Assembly (NCBI RefSeq): GCF_042688385.1
Contig: NZ_JBHUPY010000007.1
Span: forward strand, 386,110 to 416,341
Source of the DNA: Herpetosiphon sp. NSE202
Lineage (GTDB): Bacteria > Chloroflexota > Chloroflexia > Chloroflexales > Herpetosiphonaceae
DNA length: 30,232 nucleotides
Direction: 5' to 3'
A model generated the notes under the pieces. That model had not been told where the DNA came from, made no database searches, and was given only the letters and a program-made list of their open reading frames with translations. Both the position numbers and the translations under genes were made by a program. Below are positions 1 through 8,221 of the stretch, piece after piece (position 1 is the first letter of the stretch; each line of letters starts with the position of its first letter).

Positions 1-139
1 ATTTGTGGGATTGAACAGCTACGCCAAGCGTTTGCAAACCGCGATTCAAGCAGTATTGGCCAATGGGCCACACACGCCCGACCTTGGTGGCACAGCCACG
101 ACGGCTGAGGTGGTGCAAGCAGTGATTGACCAGTTTTGA
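1..139 (+). CDS. 3' end of an isocitrate/isopropylmalate/homoisocitrate dehydrogenase family gene (partial; frame 2, stop TGA 137-139)
   Basis: Translation of frame 2 is FVGLNSYAKRLQTAIQAVLANGPHTPDLGGTATTAEVVQAVIDQF*. The ...TPDLGG.ATT.E....AVI... C-terminus is typical of the beta-decarboxylating dehydrogenase family (LeuB/Icd/Hicdh). Its position directly upstream of a lysW-lysX cluster suggests homoisocitrate dehydrogenase. Confidence 0.5.
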   Translation, partial: FVGLNSYAKRLQTAIQAVLANGPHTPDLGGTATTAEVVQAVIDQF

Positions 140-458
140 TCCACGAAGAGCACGAAGAGGGTACGAAACCACGAAGAACGCGAAGAGCACGAAGAGGATG
201 AGGCTCTAGGCTTTTGGCTAGCGGAAGAATTAACTCCCCTCGCCCGCGTTCAGTGGGCGAGGGGCTGGGGGTGAGGGGAATTCTAGCTCCCTACCACTAC
301 CCTTGAAACCACGAAGAACGCGAAGAGCACGAAGATGATGAGGCTCTAGGCTTTTGGCTGTTGGCTAGCGGAAGAATTAACTCCCCTCGCCCGCGTTCAG
401 TGGGGGAGGGGCTGGGGGTGAGGGAATATCACCCCTAACTAATAAAGGATTACAAACA
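100..458. repeat. Composite intergenic repeat array. CACGAAGAR 9-mers, then a ~140-bp unit present twice in tandem (about 165-304 and 305-445). Each unit ends in a GC-rich hairpin element CCCCTCGCCCGCGTTCAGTGGGCGAGGGGCTGGGGGTGAGGG (236-278 and 383-427).
   Basis: Direct reading of the sequence. The second copy differs by a 7-bp internal duplication (gttggct) and a few substitutions; one substitution (C to G) breaks the hairpin stem. Confidence 0.8.
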
Positions 459-626
459 ATGAGCGCACAATGCCCAGAATGTGAAGGAACGATCGTGTTG
501 GCGGCAGATATTTTGGATGGCGAGATTGTGCCATGCCCCGATTGTGGCGCAGAACTCGAAGTCGTCAGCCTGAACCCAGTTGTTTTGGAATTAGCACCCG
601 AAGTCGAAGAAGACTGGGGCGAGTAA
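459..626 (+). CDS. lysW: Amino-group carrier protein LysW (55 aa). It is missing from the ORF track because it is under 60 aa.
   Basis: ATG at 459 translates to [55 protein letters not shown]. It has an N-terminal CxxC...CxxC zinc ribbon and an acidic C-terminal tail ending EDWGE, the hallmark of LysW/ArgW. It lies 7 nt upstream of lysX. Confidence 0.85.
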   Translation: MSAQCPECEGTIVLAADILDGEIVPCPDCGAELEVVSLNPVVLELAPEVEEDWGE

Positions 627-633
627 GGGAGTT

Positions 634-1503
634 ATGGCAATGCGTGTGGGTATGTTATGTTCCCGAATTCGGGTTGAAGAAAAGCTGCTGATCAATGAAT
701 TTGAGCGGCGCAATGTCCAATTTGAACGAATTGACGATGATCAGACATGGTTTGATTTGAATGCTTTACAAGCTAATCGTCAAGTGCGCGCGCAATTTCC
801 TGATGTGATTATTGAGCGTTCGTTGCACCATGGTCGGGCCTTGTACACCCTCAAAACCTTGAACGATGCTGGCATTCCAACGGTCAACAATTATAACGTG
901 GCCTTGACCTGTGGCGATAAATTTTTGACGACCCAAGCCCTGTTGCGCAACGGCGTACCATCGCCGCGCTGTTTGCTGGCCTACACCCAAGAATCGGCGC
1001 TCGAAGCGATCGAAAGTTTGGGCTATCCGGTGGTGTTGAAGCCAGTTATTGGCTCGTGGGGTCGCTTGGTCTCGAAGATCAACGATCGCGAAGCAGCCGA
1101 AGCAGTGCTTGAACACCGCGACACCTTGGGCAATTATCAGCACGCAATTTTCTACATTCAAGAATATATCAACAAACCAGGTGGCCGCGATATTCGCGCT
1201 TTTGTGGTTGGTGATGAGTGCATCGCGGCGATTTATCGCACCAGCGGCCACTGGATCACCAATACTGCACGCGGCGGTGAGGCTTCCAATTGCCCAATTA
1301 CGCCAGCCTTGGCCGATATTTGCATCGGTGCGGCCAATGCGGTTGGTGGCGGCGTGGTTGCAATCGATGTTTTCGAAACAGCCGAAGGTCGCTATTTGGT
1401 CAACGAAGTTAATTACACCATGGAATTTCGCAACAGCATTAGCACAACTGGGGTGAACATTCCTGAACGCATTGTTGATTATGTGCTAGCTCAAGCGCAA
1501 TAG
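634..1503 (+). CDS. lysX: RimK-family ATP-grasp ligase LysX (alpha-aminoadipate--LysW ligase; alternatively the ArgX paralog)
   Basis: 289 aa. Shows the RimK/LysX pattern (IRVEEKLLI..., [22 protein letters not shown]-grasp core). Sits immediately after lysW and before lysY. Putative SD AAGGGA lies 6 nt upstream. Confidence 0.85.
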   Translation: MAMRVGMLCSRIRVEEKLLINEFERRNVQFERIDDDQTWFDLNALQANRQVRAQFPDVIIERSLHHGRALYTLKTLNDAGIPTVNNYNVALTCGDKFLTTQALLRNGVPSPRCLLAYTQESALEAIESLGYPVVLKPVIGSWGRLVSKINDREAAEAVLEHRDTLGNYQHAIFYIQEYINKPGGRDIRAFVVGDECIAAIYRTSGHWITNTARGGEASNCPITPALADICIGAANAVGGGVVAIDVFETAEGRYLVNEVNYTMEFRNSISTTGVNIPERIVDYVLAQAQ

Positions 1504-1533
1504 TTGGCGCGCTGTAGCCAAATTGAGGTTGTT

Positions 1534-2568
1534 ATGCTTTCAGTTTCGATCGTTGGTGGCTCTGGCTATGTCGGTGGTGAATTGCTGCGTTTATTGTTGG
1601 GGCATCCCCACGTCGAGGTGCGTCAGGTCACCAGCGAACGCTTAGCAGGCCAATATGTCTACAGCACCCACCCCAATTTGCGCGGGCGCAGCGAGTTGCG
1701 CTATAGCCCACAAAGCACGTTGGAGCCGTGTGATGTGTTAATTTTGGCCTTGCCGCATGGCTCTGCTGCCAAAAACATTGAGCATTATGCTGGCCTTGGC
1801 CAAGCAATCATCGATTGTTCAGCCGATTTCCGCTTGCGCGACCCAGAAGCCTATAGCCGTTGGTATGGAGAAAAACACCCAGCCCCGCACTGGCTTGAGC
1901 GCTTTGTCTATGGCTTACCGGAGCTGTATCGCGAGCAAATTCGCGCAACCCGCTATGTCAGCGGTGTGGGCTGTAATGCAACAGCGATTAACTTGGCCTT
2001 GTTGCCTTTAGTCAAGGCTGGATTAATTGATCAAACCAAGCCAGTGGTGGCTGAAGTCAAAGTTGGTTCGTCCGAGGCGGGCGCGGTTGCCAACGATGGC
2101 AGCCATCATGCCGAACGCTCAGGCGTGGTGCGCTCGTTTGCACCAGTCGGCCATCGCCACACCGCCGAAATTGTACAAGCGCATGGGCTTGAAAATGTGC
2201 ATATTTCGATCACGTCGGTGGAAATGGTGCGCGGTGCTTTAGCAACATGCCACGTTTTTACTCAAGGCTCAGTCAACGAACGCGATCTCTGGCGAGCCTA
2301 TCGGGCAGCCGCCGCCGAACAACCATTTTTGCGCATTGTTCATGATCGCACTGGCTTGCACCGCCATCCTGAGCCAAAAATCTTGGCTGGCAGCAATTAT
2401 GCCGATATTGGCTGGGCGCTCGATGAAACCACAGGCCGCGTAGTTGCGCTCTGCGCACTCGATAACTTGATGAAGGGTGCAGCCGGAGCCGCCATCCAAT
2501 GCTTGAATTTGATGCATGGCTTCGACGAAAGCGTAGGGCTTGAGTTTAGCGGCTTGCATCCGGTTTAA
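1534..2568 (+). CDS. lysY: [LysW]-aminoadipate 6-phosphate reductase LysY (ArgC-like)
   Basis: Rossmann N-terminus MLSVSIVGGSGYVGGELLRLL and catalytic Cys motif GCNATA, as in the ArgC/LysY family. The track ORF starts at 1504. ATG 1534 is preferred because GAGG lies 8 nt upstream and the Rossmann motif starts there. Confidence 0.8.
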   Translation: MLSVSIVGGSGYVGGELLRLLLGHPHVEVRQVTSERLAGQYVYSTHPNLRGRSELRYSPQSTLEPCDVLILALPHGSAAKNIEHYAGLGQAIIDCSADFRLRDPEAYSRWYGEKHPAPHWLERFVYGLPELYREQIRATRYVSGVGCNATAINLALLPLVKAGLIDQTKPVVAEVKVGSSEAGAVANDGSHHAERSGVVRSFAPVGHRHTAEIVQAHGLENVHISITSVEMVRGALATCHVFTQGSVNERDLWRAYRAAAAEQPFLRIVHDRTGLHRHPEPKILAGSNYADIGWALDETTGRVVALCALDNLMKGAAGAAIQCLNLMHGFDESVGLEFSGLHPV

Positions 2569-2862
2569 GAACATAGAACATAGAGCATAGAACATAGGGG
2601 TCGGGGGTCAGGGGCTGGGGATCGGTGGTCGGGGATCAGGGTTTCGAGGATACTAAGCTGGATTTTAACGCAGCGGCGCAGAGAGGGAGAATAATTATGA
2701 AGGATGAGAGATGAAGGGTGAAGGGATATGCTCTCCACATTGAGCTTGACGTGCTTCGTGCCCTTCGCGTGCTTCGTGGTTTCATTCTTGGGAATCTTTG
2801 CGTCCTTCGCGGTTCCTAGCCTTAGCGTGCTTCGTGCTCTTTGTGGATCAAAAAGGAACAAC
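2569..2862. repeat. Composite repeat insertion between lysY and lysZ. AACATAG x4 heptamers, then G-rich heptamers (GGGGTCGGGGGTCAGGGGCTGGGGATCGG...), then reverse-orientation CTTCGTG nonamer-type repeats.
   Basis: Direct reading. The same modules occur at 100-458, 12428-12781 and 29880-30232. The track lysZ ORF (2728..) has a spurious 45-aa N-terminal extension that translates these repeats. Confidence 0.8.
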
Positions 2863-3666
2863 ATGTTTGTGATAAAAATTGGCGGCGCGGCGGGCATTGA
2901 TTATAGCAATCTTTGCGCTGATATTGCCCAGCTTGCCGCCCAAGGCCAACCGATTGTGCTGTTTCATGGTGGTTCGGATGGAGCCAACACACTTGGCGAG
3001 CAACTTGGCCATCCGCCGCGCTTCATCACCTCGCCGTCGGGCCATACCAGCCGCCAAACTGATCGGCGCACGCTCGAAATTTTCATGATGGCGACAGCCT
3101 TGCTCAATCGCCAGCTGGTTGAGCACTTGCGGGGCTTGGGAGTCAACGCTTTCGGTTTATCGGGCCTCGATGGAGGCTTGCTGCAAGGCACCCGCAAAAC
3201 CAATGTTCGGGCGGTCGAAAACGGACGGGTGCGCGTGATTCGCGACGATTGGACAGGCAGCATCGACCAAGTTAATCGTGGATTATTGCAAATGTTGCTG
3301 AGCGCTGGCTATCTGCCAGTCATCGCACCATTGGCGGTCAGCGCTGCGGGCGAACCATTAAATATTGATGGAGATCGCGGCGCGGCCAGTGTGGCAGCTG
3401 CACTCGAAGCCGAAACCTTGTTGCTGCTAACCAATGTGAGTGGCTTATATCGTAATTTTCCCGACGAAAGCAGCTTAATCGCGCATTTGCCGCGCACAGA
3501 ATTAGCCCACGCCAGCGAAAAACTCGCCCAAGGCCGCATGAAGAAAAAATTGCTTGGAGCACAAACCGCGCTAGAGGCTGGCGTGCGCCGCGTGATTATC
3601 GGCGATGGCCGCAGCGAGCAACCAGTCAGCGCAGCGCTCGCAGGCAATGGAACAATCATCGAATAG
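2863..3666 (+). CDS. lysZ: [LysW]-aminoadipate kinase LysZ (ArgB-like amino-acid kinase)
   Basis: MFVIKIGGAAG... amino-acid-kinase N-terminus. SD AAAGGAA lies 6 nt upstream of ATG 2863. 267 aa. Confidence 0.8.
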   Translation: MFVIKIGGAAGIDYSNLCADIAQLAAQGQPIVLFHGGSDGANTLGEQLGHPPRFITSPSGHTSRQTDRRTLEIFMMATALLNRQLVEHLRGLGVNAFGLSGLDGGLLQGTRKTNVRAVENGRVRVIRDDWTGSIDQVNRGLLQMLLSAGYLPVIAPLAVSAAGEPLNIDGDRGAASVAAALEAETLLLLTNVSGLYRNFPDESSLIAHLPRTELAHASEKLAQGRMKKKLLGAQTALEAGVRRVIIGDGRSEQPVSAALAGNGTIIE

Positions 3667-3685
3667 GATTTGGCAGGAACAAACA

Positions 3686-4867
3686 ATGACTGAACAACAA
3701 CCTTTTGCCAGTTTGGAAGCTGCTCATAGCGCGGGCGTGTATGCCAAGCGCCCAATTACCTTGGTGCGCGGCAGCGGCGCAACCCTCTACGACGATCACG
3801 GTCTGGCCTATCTCGATTGTGGCTCAGGGATTGGGGTTGCCAACATTGGCCATTGCCATCCAACAGTGGTGCAGGCAATTGCCGAGCAAGTAGCAACCCT
3901 AACGGTTTGCCCAGAAGCCTTTCACAACGATCAACGCGCCTTGTTACAAGCCGAATTGGTGCAATTATTTCCTGCCGAATTTCAACGGGTATTTTTGTGC
4001 AATAGCGGCACCGAAGCCGTCGAAGCAGCCTTGAAATTTGCCCGCATGGCCACAGGCCGCACGGCAATCGTCGCAGCCATGCGAGGCTTTCATGGCCGTA
4101 CCTTTGGAGCCTTGAGCGCAACCTGGGAGAGCCATTATCGCGAGCCGTTTATGCCGCTCGTGCCCGATTTTAGTCATATTCCCTACAATAATATCGAGCG
4201 TTTGCAAAGCGCTATAACCGAACAAACCGCCGCCTTGATTATCGAAATTGTCCAAGGCGAAGGCGGAATTCGGCCTGCAACCGCCGAATTTTTGCAAGCA
4301 GCCCAAACAATTTGCCGCGAACGCGGAGCCTTGTTGATTCTCGATGAAGTGCAGACTGGCTTTGGCCGCACGGGGCGCATGTTTGCATTTGAACATGTTG
4401 GCTTGCAGCCTGATTTGGTCTGTTTGGCTAAGGCCTTGGGTGGCGGCATGCCAATGGGCGCGGTCGTGATCAACCAGCGAGTTGGCGAATTGGCGATTGG
4501 CACGCATGGCTCGACCTTTGGCGGCAATCCCTTGGCATGCGCGGCGGCGCGGGCTGCGCTCAGCGTGATTCGCACCGAACAATTGGTTGATCAAACTGCC
4601 GAAAAAGGTGCGTGGTTATTGGCTCAATTGCAAGCGATTCGTTCGCCCAGAATTCGCGAAGTGCGTGGCTTGGGCTTGATGATCGGCATTGAACTCAAGG
4701 AAAAAGTTGCGCCCTATCTGCAAAAATTAATGAACCAGCATCAGATTATTGCGCTGAATTCTGGCAGCAACGTGTTGCGCCTGCTCCCGCCGCTGGTCAT
4801 TTCGTGGCCAGAATTAGAACGCGTGGTGGCAACCCTGCGCAGCATGTTTGAGGAGCCAGCAGCATGA
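3686..4867 (+). CDS. lysJ: [LysW]-aminoadipate-semialdehyde/acetylornithine-type aminotransferase LysJ (class III PLP aminotransferase)
   Basis: Class-III aminotransferase motifs (GSGATLYDDHG, NSGTEAVEAALKFAR, DEVQTGFGRTG, the PLP-Lys region LAKALGGG). ATG 3686 has an AGGA SD. The track start 3605 would overlap lysZ by 60 nt. Confidence 0.8.
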   Translation: MTEQQPFASLEAAHSAGVYAKRPITLVRGSGATLYDDHGLAYLDCGSGIGVANIGHCHPTVVQAIAEQVATLTVCPEAFHNDQRALLQAELVQLFPAEFQRVFLCNSGTEAVEAALKFARMATGRTAIVAAMRGFHGRTFGALSATWESHYREPFMPLVPDFSHIPYNNIERLQSAITEQTAALIIEIVQGEGGIRPATAEFLQAAQTICRERGALLILDEVQTGFGRTGRMFAFEHVGLQPDLVCLAKALGGGMPMGAVVINQRVGELAIGTHGSTFGGNPLACAAARAALSVIRTEQLVDQTAEKGAWLLAQLQAIRSPRIREVRGLGLMIGIELKEKVAPYLQKLMNQHQIIALNSGSNVLRLLPPLVISWPELERVVATLRSMFEEPAA

Positions 4868-5919
4868 ACGATCAACAAGCTTTGCAATTAATTGAGGCCA
4901 TGGTGGCAACACCCAGCGTTTCTGGCGACGAGGCCGCGCTGGCCCAACTCTTGGTCGAGCAGATGCACCACGCTGGCTTTGATGCGCACGTTGATGCGGT
5001 TGGCAACGCAGTTGGGATGATTGGAGCTGCTGCTGAAACCGTCGTGCTGCTTGGGCATATGGATACTGTGCCAGGATATATTCCAGTTGAAGTGCGCGCT
5101 GGCGAGTTGTGGGGGCGCGGTTCAGTTGATGCCAAAGGCTCGTTAGCGACGTTTATTGCTGCTGCCGCCCGCGCTCATGCTGAGCAACGCTTGGCCTATC
5201 GGGTGATTGTGGTTGGCTGCGTCGAAGAAGAAATTGCATCATCCAGAGGTGCGCATTTTATAGCCCAAACCATGGCCGCGCCAACGTGGTGCATTGTCGG
5301 CGAGCCAAGCGGCGCAGACCGCCTAACCTTGGGCTACAAAGGCAATTTGCGGGCACAAATTCGCATCGACCAGGATGCAGCCCATTCGGCCCACGCCAGC
5401 CAGACCGCCGCCGAGCATGGCTGTGAATTGTGGAAAAGCATCGCCCAGCACGCCAATGAGTTTAACCAAGGCCGCGAGCGAGCCTTCGATCAGCTGCTAC
5501 CAAGCCTTGTGCGCATCGAATCTGGTGGCGATGGCCTGCGCGATTGGTGCGAGTTGCTGGTCAATGCCCGCTTGCCCTTGGATCTTGATCCGGCGGCCTA
5601 TACTGCGCTGCTGCAACAACTATTGCCCAATTATGCCCACTTGAACATTAGCGGCGCAACGCCTGCCTACAGTAGCGAGCGCACATCGAGCATAGCGCGG
5701 CGTTTTGGGCGAGTATTTCGCGCCAAAGGCCAGCAACCGCGCTATGTGCAAAAAACTGGCACCGCCGATATGAACGTGGTTGGGCCAGCCTGGGGTTGCC
5801 CTGTTGTTGCCTATGGCCCAGGCGATGCCGCGCTCGATCACACGCCACACGAGCGTTTGCCGTTGGCCGAGTATTTACAGGCGATTAACGTGTTGACCGC
5901 TGTCTTGAGCAACGAGTAA
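4864..5919 (+). CDS. lysK: [LysW]-lysine hydrolase LysK (ArgE/DapE-type M20 metallopeptidase)
   Basis: M20 motifs (HMDTV, GRGSVDAKG, EEE.SS.G). The start overlaps the lysJ stop in ATGA, which implies translational coupling. Confidence 0.75.
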   Translation: MNDQQALQLIEAMVATPSVSGDEAALAQLLVEQMHHAGFDAHVDAVGNAVGMIGAAAETVVLLGHMDTVPGYIPVEVRAGELWGRGSVDAKGSLATFIAAAARAHAEQRLAYRVIVVGCVEEEIASSRGAHFIAQTMAAPTWCIVGEPSGADRLTLGYKGNLRAQIRIDQDAAHSAHASQTAAEHGCELWKSIAQHANEFNQGRERAFDQLLPSLVRIESGGDGLRDWCELLVNARLPLDLDPAAYTALLQQLLPNYAHLNISGATPAYSSERTSSIARRFGRVFRAKGQQPRYVQKTGTADMNVVGPAWGCPVVAYGPGDAALDHTPHERLPLAEYLQAINVLTAVLSNE

Positions 5920-6279
5920 TTATTCTTGAATGAGCTCCAAACTATTGCCATCGGGATCAGCGACAATTGCCGCTTTGATGCCGCCCTCAGTTGGCGGAGC
6001 GACGATGGTGCCACCATGCTGCACAGTTTTTTCGAGCGCTCTGGCTAAATCGGGCACACACACGTGAAATTGCAAGCGGCTTTGTTCGGCCACAACTCCA
6101 GCAATCGCGTTTGGGCAAAGCAACAAAGGAATATTAACCAAAAAACCTTCATAAAAGGTATGTTCGCCATGCTTAACCTTGCGAAAATTGGTAAACAACA
6201 CAGCATTATAAAAGGCCGCCATTTGTTCAATATTGGTAGCAGCAAGCGTTAATTGGGTAAATGAAATTGGTGAATGCAT
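5920..6279 (-). CDS. VOC/glyoxalase-bleomycin-resistance family protein
   Basis: Start at MHSPISFTQLTLAATNIEQMAAFYNAVL... GAGGA SD 5 nt upstream on the minus strand. Size of about 120 aa and a beta-alpha-beta pattern typical of the VOC family. Convergent with lysK and abutting it. Confidence 0.6.
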   Translation of the reverse strand: MHSPISFTQLTLAATNIEQMAAFYNAVLFTNFRKVKHGEHTFYEGFLVNIPLLLCPNAIAGVVAEQSRLQFHVCVPDLARALEKTVQHGGTIVAPPTEGGIKAAIVADPDGNSLELIQE

Positions 6280-6474
6280 GTAAATCCTCATATAATTGTC
6301 TTTTGCTACTGCCCATGCTACCATAGGCCAAGCCCAAACCCGCTATGACAGCACTCCAGAACGACTTTTGCAGCAGCAAGTCTGATTATTTCTAGCCGCA
6401 TTAATTTCAAATAAACGCTATTTTTATTGTTTCGATTGCAGACCTAGAGTGGCAACGTATGTGGAGGATCGACG

Positions 6475-6846
6475 ATGTTTAAAGAGTTCAAGGAATTTGC
6501 TTTCAAAGGCAACGTGCTCGATTTGGCAATCGGTGTAATTATTGGGGCTGCCTTTGGCAAAATTGTCACGGCCTTGGTCGATAATATTTTGATGCCATTA
6601 ATTGCTGCTTTCTTTGCTAAACCTAACGTTGCTGAGTTGCAATTTATGGTTGGAAAAACTCCAATTGTCTATGGCGTATTTGTCCAATCAGTCATCGACT
6701 TTTTGCTCGTCGCTATCGTCTTATTTGGGGTTGTCAAAGCAATTAACATTACCCGTCGCAAGCAAGAAGCCGAAGCGCCAGCCGCGCCACCACCAAGCGA
6801 AGAAGTGCTCTTGCTGCGCGAAATTCGCGATAGCTTGCAAAAGTAA
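6475..6846 (+). CDS. mscL: Large-conductance mechanosensitive channel MscL
   Basis: MFKEFKEFAFKGNVLDLAIGVIIGAAFGKIVTALVDNILMPLI... is near-canonical MscL. 123 aa with two TM segments and a charged C-terminus. Confidence 0.9.
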   Translation: MFKEFKEFAFKGNVLDLAIGVIIGAAFGKIVTALVDNILMPLIAAFFAKPNVAELQFMVGKTPIVYGVFVQSVIDFLLVAIVLFGVVKAINITRRKQEAEAPAAPPPSEEVLLLREIRDSLQK

Positions 6847-7105
6847 GATTCCCCTCACCCCAACCCCTCTCCCGTCCAACGGGCGAGGGGCTTTCATGCC
6901 GTGGTTCTACCTCAAGGCGTGGTAAAACGTGGGATAGGGGCTGCTTACGAGGGTCGGTTGTTAAGATCCCCTCACCCCAACCCCTCTCCCGTCCAACGGG
7001 CGAGGGGCTTTTGGTTGTGTGGGTTTGGCATGATTGGTGGTGAACATTGGTGCTCCCCCTCGCCCGCGTTTTCGTGGGAGAGGGGGCTGGGGGGTGAGGG
7101 AATCT
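6847..7105. repeat. MITE-like cluster of three GC-rich hairpin elements. Two reverse copies (6848-6890, 6967-7009) and one forward copy (7055-7100) that faces the second reverse copy.
   Basis: Reverse copies read CCCCTCACCCCAACCCCTCTCCCGTCCAACGGGCGAGGGG. The forward copy reads CCCCTCGCCCGCGTTTTCGTGGGAGAGGGGGCTGGGGGGTGAGGG. Each contains a 10-bp stem hairpin. The cluster lies between convergent mscL and the lipoprotein gene, so it is positioned to act as a bidirectional terminator. Confidence 0.8.
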
Positions 7106-8203
7106 TTATGGCTCAAGCTCAATCTGCCAAATTGCCCCTTCATGCAACAGTAAAAACTCAGTCTGATTCAACGCCTGCAAATCAGTAACCAAGCGTGGTT
7201 GGCCAGCAGCATCATTAATTGGATAGACCTGGGTTGGCGACCAATAGACCAAACTATTGCTATCCAAGGCCCGCACCAAAACCCCATCGCGATACCACAC
7301 CAATGGCTCGACCCCCAAATTGGTGGCTTGAATCGAATTCAGGCTTGGCTCGTAGATCCGAAAATCATCGCCCAGATAATAGGCTAAGGCTCCGCGCTTG
7401 TTCCAGAGCATTCTAGGTATGCTCGTGCCACGCTGGCTTTGATCGAGCAGCTGAATTTGATTGGTTTGCAGATTATAGAGGTGTAACTCTAAAGCAGCTT
7501 GGTCGCGCACTTGCACCAACAAAGCCAGTTGATCGCGATTAGGGCTAAGTTGCAAGCCACCAGCTACCAACTGCCGCTGGGGCAGGCGAATAATCACTTG
7601 CTCTTTGCTCGTACCACCAACTTGCATAATCCGCAGGTCGTTATCACCCGCTGCATAATACAAGGCACTTTGGGTCATCAAGGCTGCTTGCACCAAGCCA
7701 TTGGTCGAAGTCAGCACGTGCAATGCTTGGCCACTAAATGGCTCGATCGCTTGCAGCAGATCAGGCTCCTGTTGCGAACGCCACAAAAGCAAAGCCCCAT
7801 CACTTGACCAACTCAGCGCTTGGCCTTGATAGCGACGACTAAGCTCGATAAAATTCAAACCTGGCGCATGCAATTCAAACTGATCTTGGCTAATCGATTG
7901 GGTAATGAGCCATTGTTGGCTTGGCGCAAGCGGGCCAAATTGAGCACGAATAACGCCATTCGCCGCCACCAACAATTGATCGCTAGGGCTAAGTGCAGTG
8001 GTCGCGCTGGCGGTTGGCTTGAGCAACGGCGTTACCGTCGCAGGATTGCTGCTCGGCGTTGGACGAGCGGTGGCCCGCACCACGAAGCTTGGCGTTGGCC
8101 GCAACTCCAAGGTCGGAATAACCACAGCGGTTGGTTGCTGCTGGGCCAAATCACACCCATACAACAGGCCAATTAGTACCAAAACAATATAGAATCGTTT
8201 CAT
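7106..8203 (-). CDS. Lipoprotein with Pro/Thr-rich linker and TolB-like beta-propeller repeats
   Basis: N-terminus MKRFYIVLVLIGLLYGCDL is a lipobox with Cys. A PT-rich low-complexity linker follows. The rest has repeated LSxDGxxLx motifs typical of WD40-like/TolB propellers. Confidence 0.6.
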   Translation of the reverse strand: MKRFYIVLVLIGLLYGCDLAQQQPTAVVIPTLELRPTPSFVVRATARPTPSSNPATVTPLLKPTASATTALSPSDQLLVAANGVIRAQFGPLAPSQQWLITQSISQDQFELHAPGLNFIELSRRYQGQALSWSSDGALLLWRSQQEPDLLQAIEPFSGQALHVLTSTNGLVQAALMTQSALYYAAGDNDLRIMQVGGTSKEQVIIRLPQRQLVAGGLQLSPNRDQLALLVQVRDQAALELHLYNLQTNQIQLLDQSQRGTSIPRMLWNKRGALAYYLGDDFRIYEPSLNSIQATNLGVEPLVWYRDGVLVRALDSNSLVYWSPTQVYPINDAAGQPRLVTDLQALNQTEFLLLHEGAIWQIELEP

Positions 8204-8221
8204 ATCACCATGCTATAATAA

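Noticed and set aside
100-458. Possible CRISPR array (repeated units with intervening sequence). The same question applies to 30148-30232.
   Set aside because: The units are either 9-bp microsatellite-like nonamers or a 140-bp tandem duplication. There are no 25-40 bp direct repeats regularly spaced around unique spacers. No cas genes are present in the window.
140-458. Lysine riboswitch (L-box) or T-box leader upstream of lysW
   Set aside because: The whole upstream region is occupied by the repeat array. I could not recognise the conserved L-box helices by eye, and the sequence may still fold into a riboswitch. A covariance-model search (Rfam RF00168) would settle this.
766-5850. Numerous antisense or internal ORFs (e.g. 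766..1251-, 2269..2595-, 3965..4594-, 4872..5135-, 5620..5850-) overlapping the lys genes
   Set aside because: They are embedded in the opposite strand or alternate frames of well-supported, motif-bearing genes. Such ORFs are expected by chance at about 50% GC.
6325-6474. tRNA or other structured RNA in the longer intergenic gaps (6325-6474, 13799-14006, 20587-20788, 28816-28864, 29510-29578)
   Set aside because: There are no T-loop (GTTCRANYC) or D-loop signatures or cloverleaf-compatible pairings by eye. A tRNAscan or Infernal run would be needed for certainty.
6901-7188. Track ORFs 6901..7188 (+) and 6961..7143 (-) with 'PHPNPSPVQRARG'-type sequence
   Set aside because: These are translations of the GC-rich hairpin/MITE modules in both orientations. 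This is a typical repeat-derived false ORF.
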